The notes: a model not told the origin generated them from the letters alone. A stretch of DNA of 64,000 nucleotides from Octopus sinensis (GCF_006345805.1 NC_042998.1:146196001-146260000), one strand, 5' to 3'; positions 12,083-25,529 are shown, numbered from the stretch's first letter. Numbers and translations are program-made.

Positions 12083-13706
12083 CTATTTATAAATGTTCTG
12101 AAATCTTTCACAGCCTTGGATTTTTATCTCATTCTGTTAATTTTTTTATATATACACATGCTGATATATGATCTACGTCATTCGCATAATCACCGAACCT
12201 GGAGCTTTACTATAGTCTGTCCATAGCACTTACTCAGCATTACCTAACAACTTTGGGTCTTATTGACACCATTACCTCTCATAACCTCCATATATATATA
12301 TATATTATATGTATGTATATCTGTGTGTTTGTCCCCCACCACTGCCTGACAACCGGTGTTGGTGTATTTACGGCCTCGTAACTTAGCGGTTTGGTAAAAG
12401 ATACTGATAGAATAAGTATCAGACACCACAAAAACATAATAACTACTGGGGATGATTCGTTCGACTAAAATGTTTCAAGGCGGTACCCCAGCATGGCCGC
12501 AGTCTAATGATTGAAATGTATAGCCTATATTTATAGGCTATACACACACATTACGTAAAAGAGGATTAGCAGAATTCAGGCAATTACCTCAGTCAGCACC
12601 ATGTTAAGTCTCAGCTAACAGGATGTATAGAAGAGAAAAACAATCCAGCATATCCGAAGTATATCACACAAACTGAAAATCCGGGAACTTTAATCAATCG
12701 TAACGTTTAACATAAAACAAATAAAGAATCTGGTTATATAAATGTTACATCAATATCTCCATTACTTTATTTGGTATATGTAAATATATATACACACACA
12801 TACATTTATATATACATACACATGAATTTTATTTCTATAGAATTTAATGTAATCGCAACATCCACGATCGCGGTGCGTATATGTGTGTTTGTGTCTACCT
12901 CATCGGTTCCTCGTGTGTGCGTGTGCATGTTTGTATGTGTGTCTATGTGTACGTCTGTGCGTGTATGTGAGTTTGTGTGCGTGTGCTTGTATGTGCGTGT
13001 GTGAGTATATCGTCAGTTTGTACATTTGTATGTGCATGTGAATGTGTGCGTGCGTGTGTGTTTGTGTGAGCATGTTTGAATTTGTATGTATCCATCAGTA
13101 TATGTGTATGTGTGTGTGTGTCTGTGTGTGTATCTATGTATGTAACTAGGTTCAGTAATTATGGCGTTTTCCAGTTCCTGTCTAATTCGATCGCCGTTGC
13201 CAAGCAATTTCAGATAGAATAAGATTAGGATGGAAGGGAATACACTCTGGCAATGTAGTGTGAAGTAACCCTTACAGAGAATGCTGATATTAGAACGACA
13301 GAACGAATAATATAAATTTTCTCAGCTATTCTTCAATAGTTCAACTTCTTTCCTCTCTTCATCGCAATCACAGCTTCAACTCCCGCTCGAACCACTCCCG
13401 TTATTACCATTTACTATTTTCATCTCTCTTCATCTTTCGAATTACCGCAACGCAACTCAAACTATTGTGGATCGATAAAGATCCCTTGTGCCTGAATGAA
13501 AATGAATGGTGTCTAACTTAGCCCCTTTAACAACAGTGACATTATTCGTCTGTTTTAGGGAGTTATAGGGCGAGATGATATGGCAGCAGTAGCTTTATGT
13601 TGCCGGTAGCTATATAGGATAGCGGCAGATTTATGTAATATATAATGTGTGTATCCATGCACACTCTCACAAATAATGTAGAATTCATTGAGACAAAACC
13701 ATGTAG

Positions 13707-13749
<43 letters not shown>

Positions 13750-13758
13750 TATATATAT

Positions 13759-13945
13759 ACTCTTTTACTTGTTTGTCATGTGACTGTGGCCATGCTGGAG
13801 CACCGTCTTTAGTCGAGCAAATCGACCCCAGGACTTATTCTTTGTAAGCCTAGTACTTATTCTATCGGTCTCTTTTGCTGAACCGCTATATTACGGGGAC
13901 GTAAACACACCAGCATCGGTTGTCAAACGATGTTGTGGGGACATC
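13759..13945 (-). mobile_element. SINE 3' half
   Basis: Reverse complement of the 12320-12520 type tail, better preserved (many CpGs), ending in an (AAAGAGT)-like tail. Confidence 0.8.
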
Positions 13946-14005
<60 letters not shown>

Positions 14006-14101
14006 TAATCCAAACATGAAAACACAAAGAGAAAACACAACAAGAGGACGTGGAACAAATATAGTATTATTGGACGCTCAAGAAGGAAGGGAAGAAGGAG
14101 G

Positions 14102-14136
14102 GTTTAACGTTTCGAGCGGAGCTCTTCGTCAGAAAC
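14102..14136 (-). ncRNA. Apparently intact minimal type-I hammerhead ribozyme
   Basis: Minus strand: GTTT CTGACGA A GAGC TCC GCTC GAA ACGT T AAAC. Canonical CUGANGA and GAAA, stem I GTTT/AAAC, stem II GAGC/GCTC, palindromic stem III ACGT. Confidence 0.8.
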
Positions 14137-14714
14137 ATAGGAAAAGGAAAAATCCAGAGAAGGGAAGACGGAGGAAAAAAAAATCGACAATGGTACACAC
14201 GCGGTCACATACATACATGTAAATATGTACCTCCTTGCAACAATGTAAACTTTCATTTAATCAAGATATCCTTGGCCTGAAGAGGAGCCTGTGGTATACA
14301 TCTCACTTGGATAATTACCACTTCCGAGATTCTGCTCACTATGAAACATATGTAGCCCAGATCTTATCTACTCCATTCCTTAACTCATGTATTCTTATTT
14401 GCATACCTGGCAACCCTGGTTGCCTTCTGTGAAATATAAAAAGAACTTTTTTCAGTTTATCATACTTTGATATGAAAAAAAAAAATCCACAACCTTACAT
14501 CTCAATAAGCCACTATTGTCCCAGAAAGTTGTTTTTTATATTTGCTACAGATTGCTTGAAACAAACTTTCTTCCTACACCACGATCCCTGGATGTTAGAT
14601 ATATATATATAATTCATGGGCTCGATTTGTTTGACTAAAGGTGGTGCTCCAGCATGGCTACAGTCAAATAATTGAAACAAATAAAATAATAAGAGAATAA
14701 AAGAATATATCTAT

Positions 14715-14900
14715 TATGTAAAATCCGTTCTGTCTGTCTGTGTGTGTGTCTTCTAGGATCTCGGGCATCCTCCATCCGATTGCGCTCAAATTTGATATGT
14801 AGCAACCGACGGTATTGGGGCATGTATAAGTCTTGAAAAAATTACAACAGTCGATTCCAGGTGAGAATGCGATCGATAAAGTGAATAAAATCGTTTTTCT
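14715..14900. mobile_element. Helitron/Helentron-like non-autonomous element fragment
   Basis: (TCTG)n start followed by CCATCCGATTGCGCTCAAATTTG, a pattern typical of DINE-1/HINE-like repeats. Confidence 0.45.
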
Positions 14901-15263
14901 TTGGAATAGAAATAAAGATAACTTTATTTTTTCTTTTGCTGGAATCTCAAATTTAAATTAAATCAGCATGCTCTCTCTCTCACTTTCTCCTCATCAATCA
15001 CCCTCTTGTACTGTCTTATATTCCTCCCCATCACTACAAACTCAATACCACTATAAAATGGTCAAAACTTTTCACACAGGAACTTAGTTTGATTTGAAAA
15101 CCCCACTAGAATGGGAGAAAGCACTAATACATGATCTAAGTTATATGATGTATATAAAAATTGTAATATACAAATAAATATCTGTAAATATAAACCATCC
15201 GATTTTCTGAGTACTTCATTTCTTCTAATATAAAATACCTGTACATCATCTCCAAACCTTCCA

Positions 15264-15294
<31 letters not shown>

Positions 15295-15839
15295 ATATAA
15301 ATATAGATAATATATACTTTGTATATATACATCATATATACATATTATATATAGAATACACACACACATATAAATTAACCCAATAAATATCTGATTCATA
15401 ATATTTGTTCTCATGATTGTGTGGTGGTAGTGGCGATAATAATTCTCTCTATGAATGCAGACAGACATAGAGAGAGAGAGAGAGGATGTGGCAGAAAGAG
15501 TGACAGCACTGGTGAAGGAGGCTGGCAAAAGATAGTAGATGCTGTCAAACGACATTATAGAGAGAAAGTGAAAGGAAGGGAGAAAAGAGAGAGAGACGGA
15601 GGAAGACAGGCAGATAAGAGAATGAGAGAAGACTTGTCAAAGTGTGCGTTTTTTGCCCTAGTAACCACACCTTTTAAGATAGGGATTTCTAACCTAGCCC
15701 ACTCACATCCTCACCTCATTTTACATGTCCCTGTAAATTTTGGAGTCAATCTGACGGGATCTAGTGGCCTTTAACCCGTTCCAATGCCCAAACCAGACAA
15801 ACAAACAAACTTTCTCATTTCAGAATTATAAATATTGAA

Positions 15840-15920
<81 letters not shown>

Positions 15921-17189
15921 GGCATCGTTGTCATTATCCTTTAATATCAGTTTTCCATGCTGGAATGGGTTGGACAGTTCAACAGAAGCTAACAAACCAG
16001 ACAACTGGCTAAGCTTTGATATCTATTTTGGCATGCTTTCTGCAGTTGGATGCCCTCTCAAATGTCAACCACATTACAGAATATAGCAAGTGCTTTTTAT
16101 GCAGCACCAACACTAGTGAGGTCACCAAGTAACTTGCAAGACAAAACTCCTCAACTGATGGGAGTGTAGTACTGAGAGAGGTGGTTTTAATGAAAAATGA
16201 ACCAACAAACACATTTCTTAAGTCTATGTAAGAAATCAATATATGTACATATATTGATATGAGAAAAATCATTTGGAATTCTGTTAATGATTTATAAATG
16301 TCTTCATGGCATCACTCCAGTTACCATTTCCAGTTTCCTTCATGTTAAGGATCAACTGTTGACTCTAACACAACATCAATTTATTTGCTATTCAGTAACT
16401 GCTACTTCTTTCACAGTTAAGAATCAATAACATCAGTCACCCTTCCTTGATATAATATATTGGTTTCAAATTTTGGCACAAGGCCAGCAATTTTGGAGGA
16501 GGGCTAAGTCATTAACATTGACCCCAGTATTCAACTGCTACTTATTTTATCAACTCCAAAAGGATGAAAGGCAAAGTCAACCTTAGCAGTATTTGAACTG
16601 AGAACATGAAGATGGACAAATATTTCTTTTGATATATATTGAACTCTTATCTTTTGGGCATTCACAGCATTACTATCTGAACTTTCTGACTTGAGGCCTT
16701 ATGCAGTTTAGAAGTATTTGTTTTTTTCTATCATTAATTTCTCCATTTGCACATGCAGGCAAGAATGTTTACACATGCACATTCACATAACCGCCCCATA
16801 TGTATACATGTATGTATGTATGGATGGATGGATGGATTTATGGATGCATGTATATATGAATGCATGCATGCATGTATCTACCTGTCTATCTATCTATCTA
16901 TCTATCTATCTATCCATCTGTCTATTTATCTATCTATCTATATGTCTATGTACCTACTCCAAGGCTTTGGCCAGCCCAGGACTAGAGGGGGAAACACTTG
17001 TCCAATGTGCTACACAGTGGAATCGAACCTGAGATCACATGGTTGAGAAGCCAGCTTTTCAACGACGCCCATGCTTTAACCATTGTGTGTGTGTGTGTGT
17101 GCGCATATACACATATATATACAGGATGACTCAAACTAATAGGTTTGTCCTGCATTGCATAATTGTTTTCCTTTCCTCACTACTTTAAT

Positions 17190-17422
17190 CTATACATTTA
17201 TATATATATATTTATAAATGTATGCATGTGTGTATGTATGTATATATATATATATTATATATATATATATATTATTATATATATATTATATATATATATT
17301 ATATATTATATATATTATATATATATATATATATATATTTATAAATGTATGCATGTGTGTATGTATGTATATATATATATATATAATATATATATATATA
17401 TATTATATATATATATTATATA

Positions 17423-17471
<49 letters not shown>

Positions 17472-17500
17472 AATGTATGCATGTGTGTATGTATGTATAT

Positions 17501-17573
<73 letters not shown>

Positions 17574-17586
17574 ATATATAATATAT

Positions 17587-17618
<32 letters not shown>

Positions 17619-17680
17619 CATATATATATACATATATACACATATATATATGTATGCATATATATACACACATATACATA
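17190..17680. repeat. Compound (TA)n microsatellite with a ~127-bp higher-order unit x3
   Basis: TTTATAAATGTATGCATGTGTGTATGTATG recurs near 17211, 17338 and 17466 within (TA)n. Confidence 0.9.
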
Positions 17681-18569
17681 TATAATCATTAACCCTTTTT
17701 TTAATTCCATAATGACAATGCAAATCAAAGTAAAACATACAAAACTAGACAACCAATATTTAAAACATAATTCCAATAATTTAACAGCCAACAATGAACA
17801 TTACCAGATATCAAAAACATATTCCATGCCATTGCCCTGTCTGTGTCTTCTAAAAAATCTCTCACTCTCTATAATTAAGTCAGTTAAGGCAATATCATTT
17901 TCAAGTTTCATCGCACCTGTTTATTATAATATCAGAGGAAGACAACTTGGCAAGCCCTGTAAATTCATACCAATCCCTGTTATCTAATTTTGGAGAAATA
18001 TTTGCATATTAATGTACTGTTTTCCATCTCCTAAAAAAACTGAAGCCTAGCAGTTGTGCAAGAAATCAATAAACTTAAGCAATAATCATAATATATTGGT
18101 AAGATATTGAAAACTATAAAATAAAATGAGTTTCTGGCATAAACAAGTCTGTAATCTGGAATCTGGATTCCATTCCTAGACAATGAACTTTCAATTCATT
18201 CAAAGATATAGTGAAGGGTATGAACATCACATAACTCATTTAAGTTCCCCAGTACACTTAGAGGGGGCAGCTTCAATATCAGAGCTCAAATGTTTGAAGA
18301 TAAATTATATAAATGCACACTCACACATATGCATACACATTTGTGAGTGAATATACATGCATAAACATATAGATATACATGCATACTCACTCGCATATAC
18401 ACACATCTACATATGACAGGCTTCTTTCAGTTTCCATCCACAAAGTTGACACATAAAGTTTTGGTCATCCTAGGGTTATAGTAGAAAGCATTTGTCTAAG
18501 GTGTCACACATGGACTGCACCCAAATCCACTTGGTTGGATGCATACACACTCACACAGGAGACCCCCTT

Positions 18570-18890
18570 CAGTCATGAACGACCCAATGTGGACTGCACC
18601 TAGAAAGTTACTCTCCGAGGCACAAATCTGGTCATGGTTGTTTATGGAAGGTCGGCAGTCACCCATGTATACCAGCCTCCCCTCTGCACACCACTGAAAG
18701 GAAAGGCAAAGGCCGATACAGCTTGACACCATGATGTCGCAACTCATTTCTACAGCTGAGTTAACTGGAGCAACGTGAAATAAAGTGTCTTGCTCAAGAG
18801 CACAACATGCAGTCTGGTCCAGGAATCGAACTCACAACCTCACGATCATAAGCTCAACGCTCTAACCACTGAGCCATGTGCCTTCACACA
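18570..18890 (-). mobile_element. tRNA-headed SINE, second family
   Basis: Minus-strand head (gcacatggctcagtggttagagcg...gagttcgattcc) and a central domain shared with 22240-22565. Confidence 0.75.
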
Positions 18891-19629
18891 TGTAAATATA
18901 CATTTATATATGTATACACACACACATATATATATACACGTATATGTATATAAGTGTGTGTATCTATACATATGTGCTAGTGTGTGTATACATGTGTAGG
19001 AGTATTTGTATATATATATTTCCATGCGTGTCTGTATGTATGTCTATTTGTATGTGTGCATATAAGTGCAAATGTATGCATATACATGCATATTTATATG
19101 TTTATATAAGTATATTCACTCATATATGTGTATTTTAGGTACATTTATGTGCCTATGTGTATATTCTCTTGTTTTGCTTTATAGATATATCTATACATGT
19201 GTGTATATGTATTTGTGCATGTATGTTTGAATTGGAATCCATAATCATGCATGTACAAGCATAAATGTATATATGTATGCATATATATCTACTGTATTTA
19301 TATTCACTAATACTCATGTGTGTATAAGTATGCAAAAATTTTCCTTATTTGTTTTACTTATTGAACAGAATATTGGGTAAACTATTTGAAAAATATGAAT
19401 TATTTCTGTGACATTGTAGTTGTTTTTATAATTTGTTCCAGAACTAACCAGGGAAATACTATTATCACCAGTCTATAAATTTACAAATCTTCAGTCTGTA
19501 ACTAGTTTGGTAAGTGCTAACAAGAAACTCTTGGCCCTTGAGTCACTCTGTTGCTTTAGCTAAACCTTAATGAAAAACATATAAGCATATGTACATATAT
19601 GTATATATATAATATATATACATATATAT

Positions 19630-19716
<87 letters not shown>

Positions 19717-19762
19717 TAGATAGATAGATGTATATTTATATATATGTGTGTGTATATATATA

Positions 19763-19813
<51 letters not shown>

Positions 19814-19932
19814 TACATATATACATACATATATATATATATACATACACACACACACAAGTAAACACATAAATTGCAAAACAAGGTAGGGAAAAAACAG
19901 TACTCAAATGCTGACAGTAGAGTAATATGCTT

Positions 19933-20070
19933 TTATTAAAACAGCAAAATCTTCACAAATTGTTAGTGTTTCATGCTCCTGTTCATCAGACAGTTGTGAT
20001 GAATACTCTCCTATAAATGAGAACGTGAAACTCTGAGTAACAGTTTATGAAGATTTTGCTGCTTTAATAA
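19933..20070. mobile_element. Short fold-back element with two outward-facing hammerhead-like cores
   Basis: Arms TTATTAAA(A/G)CAGCAAAATCTTCA; minus-strand core CTGT CTGATGA A...GAAAC (19959-19993); plus-strand core TGATGA A..TCTC/GAGA..GAA ACTCTGAGT A ACAG (19997-20043). Confidence 0.65.
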
Positions 20071-20444
20071 TAATACTCCATGTATGGAATTTATAGATAT
20101 TTTAATGCATCACCATGTGCATTTTCATAAATCACATTTCTTACAATCATAGTTCATAATCCTGGGATGATTACAGTACAATCAATAGTATCCATGGATA
20201 TCTGTTGGATCATAGTTCATGCATTCATTTCATCTAGCAATATGGCATATATATATGCGTGTGTGCATGCATGTATGTATACATACACACACACACACAT
20301 AGATCCATTGCTCACAAGTGAATATGACTTAGCTGCATGTACCATGTGCATGCAAATTGTTTTACATATACATAGATTTGTAGTCACAAACATACATAGA
20401 TATCTACTCAGGCCCTATAGCAAGACATGACACATATATATTAA

Positions 20445-20656
20445 ACCTTTTGATGCCAACCTGTCTGAGACCCTCTCTGGTTCTATGATACAAAATTCCT
20501 GCTTATCTATATTAAAACCACCCACCAAAATTTCAAGTTAATTTATGTTTGAAACACCGGCTTAATAATGACAAATTTATTTTAATAGATTCATTATTTT
20601 CAAAATTAGTTGGAACAAAGGCTGTGTATTTCAATAGAAATATGGTAACAAAATGG
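20445..20656. mobile_element. piggyBac-type MITE (~212 bp), older copy
   Basis: TTAA on both sides and degenerate TIRs; internal similarity (inverted) to 34967-35177. Confidence 0.75.
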
Positions 20657-21729
20657 TTAAAACACACAATTATAACACAACTAACAAAACTATACTAATG
20701 TTTAGACAGTGAAAGTGTAATGTTGTGGTGTCATTGCAGCCTAAGGAGAGTGTTACCAGAAAGATATTGAAGAGGGAAAACACACTCAGGAAATTCCAGG
20801 AGAGGTGGAAAAAATGAAGCATGTATAAGGAATCACAGCTGTCCTTTTGACCAAATGTTTATATGTCCCATCAATGCCTAAAGTTATACATCAATGAAAT
20901 GAGGTATTCGATCATCAAAGGACTCACAGATGAAGGAAACACAGTCACAAGTGGGTTTGATGAATAACATAAGTAAACAAGTGGAATAAAACAAATGAAG
21001 AGAAATTTCCAACCTAATTGTTGATCATCATCATTAGCATCATTTTAACATCCACTTTCTATGCTTGCTTTCGTTAGACAGAGTTTATTGAGGTAGATTT
21101 TCTATGGCTGAATGCTCTTCCTCTCACCTGCTTTTCACTCAAGGTAATATTTCCCCATGGTTAGATGTTTTTTGAAGAATATTAGAAATGAATGACACTG
21201 CTTATACGATGATACTCATGTACAACTGTCACATGATGTCAAGACAAGTGAGATTCAAAAACACATACATATATGCACACTACATATGCATGTGTGTGTG
21301 TGTGTGTTGTACAATAGTTTTTTTCAGTTTCTGTCTACCAAATCCACTCACAAAGCTTTGATTGACTTGGGTCTATAGTAGAAGACACTTGCCCAAAATG
21401 CCACACAATGAGACTGAACTCAAAACCATGTAGTTAGGAAGCACACTGGCACTGAGTTCACAAAAAATGCCATTACACAGGAAATTTGGCAAGAAAGAGG
21501 AAATTGTCATAAAAGAAAGTCAAAGGCTCAAGATGTCACTGATTGAGGATGGAAAATATCTAATAAATCTAACTTCTATTAAACTGTATTTGTAGAGGCT
21601 TGATGAATTTTTATTAGTGATGATGAGGAAGGGGAGAAGACTCAGGAGGATAAAGATAATCTTTGTTTGCATCTATTTTCACCATCTTTCAGATGTTAAT
21701 TGTAAAATAATGAAGATGATGATGACAAA

Positions 21730-22063
21730 TGCCTTGATGCAGTATCAGGCACTGCTTCTTGTGGTTTCTTATCATAACTGAATGGAAGTGCTATCATGTA
21801 CATGTTTTGTTTTGGTGTAAAAGATGGGCCATAGCAAATATTCTGCTCAATACCACAGATTTGCTTGTCATTTGTTTGACCATAACCAGTGGGGCATGTC
21901 TCTTGGTGGCTGACAATACGTGCATCACTGATCATGAGCAGGAATGGTGGAAGAGCATCAGTACCTAGTGTACCCTAATCAGGTGAGTAGTCATGGTGGG
22001 TATACTGGGCTTCAAATATTTGTACCCCGGGATCACTTTCATAGCATGTATTGCTCTCACTCA
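21730..22063 (+). mobile_element. Internally deleted copy of the ~560-bp (TAA)n-associated element
   Basis: Starts GCCTTGATGCAGTATCAGGCA and ends CTCTCACTC(AAT)n; homologous to the copies at 52674-58230. Confidence 0.85.
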
Positions 22064-22239
22064 ATAATAATAATATTTCTTTTTACTATGAGCACAAGGT
22101 CTGAAATTTTGAGGGAGTGGCTAGTTGATTACACTGACCGCTGACTAGTGTTTGACTGGTACTTATTTACCTACTCTAATGACTTTCAGGTGTTTTAGCA
22201 CCTGCCACTTTGAGAGAGTGGTTTCCACCATACCAAATT

Positions 22240-22565
22240 GCAGCCTACCAGCAAATATGAAGTGTATGAAGGGTTAAGACTCCCTTCGGTCATAAGTGAC
22301 CATGGGATTGCACCTAGAAAGTTATCCTCTAAGGCACTAGTCCAGGCAAGGTTCTTTATGGAAGACCAGCAGTTGCCCATGCATACCAGTCTCCCCTCTC
22401 CGTGCCATTAGTATTATCCAAGGGAAAGGCAAACACCAATACAGCTTGGCACCAGTGACGTCACAACTAATTTCTACAGCTGAGTGAACTAGAGCAATAT
22501 GAAATAGAGTGTCTAGCTTAAGAACACAACACAACGCTCTAACCACTGAGCCATGTGCCTCCACA
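22240..22565 (-). mobile_element. tRNA-headed SINE, second family
   Basis: Homologous to 18570-18890. Confidence 0.7.
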
Positions 22566-22968
22566 AAGTGAATACGTTAATTATATATGGTTGATAATGG
22601 TTGTTACACTAATGCTGCTTCTATTTCATATTTGAATAAAAGACAATGTTGACCTTGGTGCAATTTGAATTCAGAACATAAAGAGCTGGATGAAATGCTA
22701 ATAAGCATTTGTCTGACACACTAGGAATTCTGCCAGCTAACCATCCAAATAATAATAATAGTCCTTTCTCCTATAGGCACAAACCTGAAATTTTGGGGGA
22801 TGGGACTTGTTGATTTCATGACTTGTATTAGTTTTATCAACCCTGAAAGAAAGAAAGAAAGAAAGGCAATGTCAGCCTAGGCAAAATTTGAATTTAAAAT
22901 GTAAAGCTAGAAGAAATGTCACTAAGCAATTTTTCCAGTGCATTAATGCTTCAGTCTGCTCACCACCC

Positions 22969-22999
<31 letters not shown>

Positions 23000-23003
23000 T
23001 AAT

Positions 23004-23460
23004 ATGACTGTCCCAATCGATATAAATGTATCTGTCAAGACCTACCAAAAACTGAGCAAGTATAAAGATCTAGAAAGAGAAATTAGCAAAATGTGGAAGC
23101 TGAAGACTAAAACAATACCTGTTGCCATAGGTGCCCTGGGAATGATAGCAAAAGGGGCTGATTGCTGCCTAGCTCAGATACCAGGAATACCCAAAATGGC
23201 AGAAATTCAAAAGATAGTGCTCATGGGAACTGCCCATATCTTACATAAAATACTGTCTATATAATCTCAAATTTTAAAACAAACACTTAATCTTTTTATG
23301 GTTTCTTAAACATTCTCTAGAACAACACTATGTACAAAACCAAATATATGGCACCCTAGGAATAACACCAACATGAACTTCTAACTTGTTGTCTCTTGAG
23401 GTCTCTGGGTGAGACTTGGAACCAACTTGTACAAATGCAAAGCAAAAGTCAAACATAAAA
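23004..23460 (+). mobile_element. R4/Dong-like LINE 3' end (RLE endonuclease C-terminus plus 3' UTR)
   Basis: TVPIDINVSVKTYQKLSKYKDLE...IPVAIGALG...QKIVLMGTAHIL; (TAA)n on both flanks. Confidence 0.85.
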
Positions 23461-23477
23461 TAATAATAATAATAATA

Positions 23478-23695
23478 ACCCTTTCTACTATAGGCACAAG
23501 GCCTGAAATTATGGGAAGAGGGGTAAGTCAATTACATCAACCATAGTACTCAACTTGTACTTATTTTATCAATCCTGAAAGGATGAAAGTAAAGTCATCC
23601 GCAGCAGAATTTGAACTCAGAATGTGAAGACAGACAAAATGCCCCTAAGAATTTTGCCCAGCCTGCTAATAATTCTGCCAGCTCGCAGTCTTAAC
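23478..23695 (-). mobile_element. tRNA-headed SINE with Meta-domain-like core
   Basis: Minus strand gagctggcagaatt...ttctgagttcaaattctg...ctttcatcctttcagg..gataaaataagtac; other copies near 8850, 16460, 22760, 24520, 46180 and 53706. Confidence 0.75.
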
Positions 23696-24026
23696 AGTAA
23701 TAATAATAATGACAGACTCTCATCAAAGATGACATATGAGTGTTCAGCTTTAGCTGAGTGACCAGCACAAATGATTTGTTTATAGTGATCAAATGTATGT
23801 GCTGTACATTAGTTCACTCCCTCCATCAAATCGACGTTACCTGAACAGGTGCAAGGTGTACCATGCATTAGTCAGTGAAGTGATTGCAGAGCAACATGAG
23901 ATGAAGTGTTTTTCTCAAGAACACAATGCACTACCTGGTCTAAGAATTGAAACCACAATCTCATGATCATGAGTGCAATTCCTTACCACTAGGCCATGCG
24001 TCCTCACATGATATTATTATTATTAT

Positions 24027-24365
24027 TGCCTAGTAATTGACTCTACAGTCCCAAATGATGAGAAAGACAATATGAGAGGTATAGAGAAAATAGCAAAGTA
24101 CCAGAACTTAGCCATTGAGCTACAGAGGAAAGTGCAGCTAAAATGTATCCCTGTAGTTATAGATGCATTAGGAATTATTCCTAAAGATTTTAACAGATGG
24201 GCAGAAGAAATAGGTATAAAACCTTAGTTTAGTGCAACTCCAGAAAACAGTATTATTAGGGACAGCTAGAGTACTTAGGAAGGTTCTTGGTATTTAAGGT
24301 TACTTGTTGTAGCCTGATGTTAGGAATTTTTCCCAACAATCTAATCTGTTGTGTGTATATGAAGT
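24027..24365 (+). mobile_element. R4/Dong-like LINE 3' end, second subfamily
   Basis: CLVIDSTVPND...EKIAKYQNLAIEL...IPVVIDALG...LQKTVLLGTARVLRKVLGI* (stop 24295-24297); (TAA)n tail. Confidence 0.85.
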
Positions 24366-24703
24366 AATAATAATAATAATAATATATGCAGAATATAGGA
24401 TGGTGCTTTACTGCTGACCTGCAGAAAAGTACTGACTTAGGAGATTTGTGTCACCAGACCACAAATTAAAATCCCTAACTAAATTAGTATGTACTAGCAT
24501 AATAATAATAATAATCCTTTCTGCTGTAGGCATAAGGATTGAAATCTTGGTACTTATTTTATTGGCCTCAAAAGAATGGAAGGCAAAGTCAACAACGGCA
24601 GAATTTGAATTCAAAATGCAAAGTTGAAGAAAAGCCACTAAGCATTTTGTCCAGTGTGATAGTGACTCAGCCAGCTCACCACCATAATAATAATAATAAC
24701 AAG

Positions 24704-24925
24704 AGCACTCAGAGAGTGCAAACCTCTGCCAAGGCAACACCAACATTCTCTCAACGATTGGCAGAGGTGATTTTTAAAATGAGAATATTTGAAATAGACT
24801 CGACTGCTCCCACAAACAAGAATGCAAAAAATGAGCCTGACCACTCTCAAAAAGTAAGTAAAAAAAATGTAAAAATAATCCAGAACCCTTGTCCGGTACC
24901 TGAATGATCCAAATTGTGGTCATGG
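24704..24925 (+). mobile_element. Helentron/HINE-like element, one end
   Basis: AACAAGAGCACTCAGAGAGTGCAAACCTCTGCCAAGGCAAC start; the segment AATAATCCAGAA recurs at 26635, where the other end (CCTCCACCTTCGCTAAGG..GAGGT) lies. Confidence 0.55.
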
Positions 24926-24989
24926 AATGTAAAGGTGGGTGAGTCATGTTTGTAATGCTGTGTGTGTGTCATCTGCAGTGGGAACAGGG

Positions 24990-25115
24990 ACAGTTTTTTC
25001 TATGAAGGCCTTTTTAGTCTATCCACTGATATAGTGTCTTTACGACTATGAAGGTCTATAGTGAAAAATTTATCCGTGCATGAACGAAAATGGAAAGGAC
25101 TTGCATACAGTGCTG
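24990..25115 (-). mobile_element. Gypsy-like integrase C-terminal fragment
   Basis: YASPFHFRSCTDKFFTIDLHSRKDTISVDRLK resembles the GPY/F-region motif YxGPF...DRLK. Confidence 0.6.
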
Positions 25116-25529
25116 TTAACAGAAGTTTAACAGCATCATTGTACACAAAAACAGTGAGTCCAAGAAGTAAAGCTTCCTTCAGAAATTGCATTTTTAGAGC
25201 TAGAAATGCAATTGTCAAGTAGGTAAGAGGTTTTAAAGAGGAGCAATATATTCAAAGGTGGTAAAACTAAAAATTGTCAAGGATAAATTAAATTTATTAT
25301 TGTTACTGAATATGTTAGTGTTATTTAATTTCTGAATGGTTTTGCTGCTGTTTGTTATTGTAGTTTGATTTCTTTATCCCTCAGTTTCTACTAAGACATA
25401 GACACGAGTAAAATTAATAATAGAGAAACGGAAATAAAATTTTGGAAACAGCAATGCCACCATAACTTACATGGAAACTATGAGCATGCTTTCAAGGGAG
25501 ATAATTAGAGAAAGACCTGAAAATGAACG

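Larger units (their letters stand above)
11571..12142. mobile_element. 572-bp fold-back element (inverted Penelope-like pseudo-LTR pair)
   Basis: ~270-bp arms of high identity around a 23-nt spacer (11842-11864); each arm carries a hammerhead-like motif. Confidence 0.85.
11335..12520 (+). mobile_element. tRNA-derived SINE split at its central (TA)n linker by an insertion
   Basis: 5' half 11335-11480 (gtggctgtgtgg...ggatttggtagatggaaa); 3' half 12320-12520 (tttgtcccccaccac...ccagcatggccgcagtc); related pieces at 6760, 13759, 14610, 21315, 37120 and 52060. Confidence 0.7.

Noticed and set aside
17163-17987. 274-aa ORF and overlapping Y/I-rich ORFs (also at 15835, 19560, 50740 and 51816)
   Set aside because: Translations of (TA)n/(TG)n microsatellites; no coding signal.
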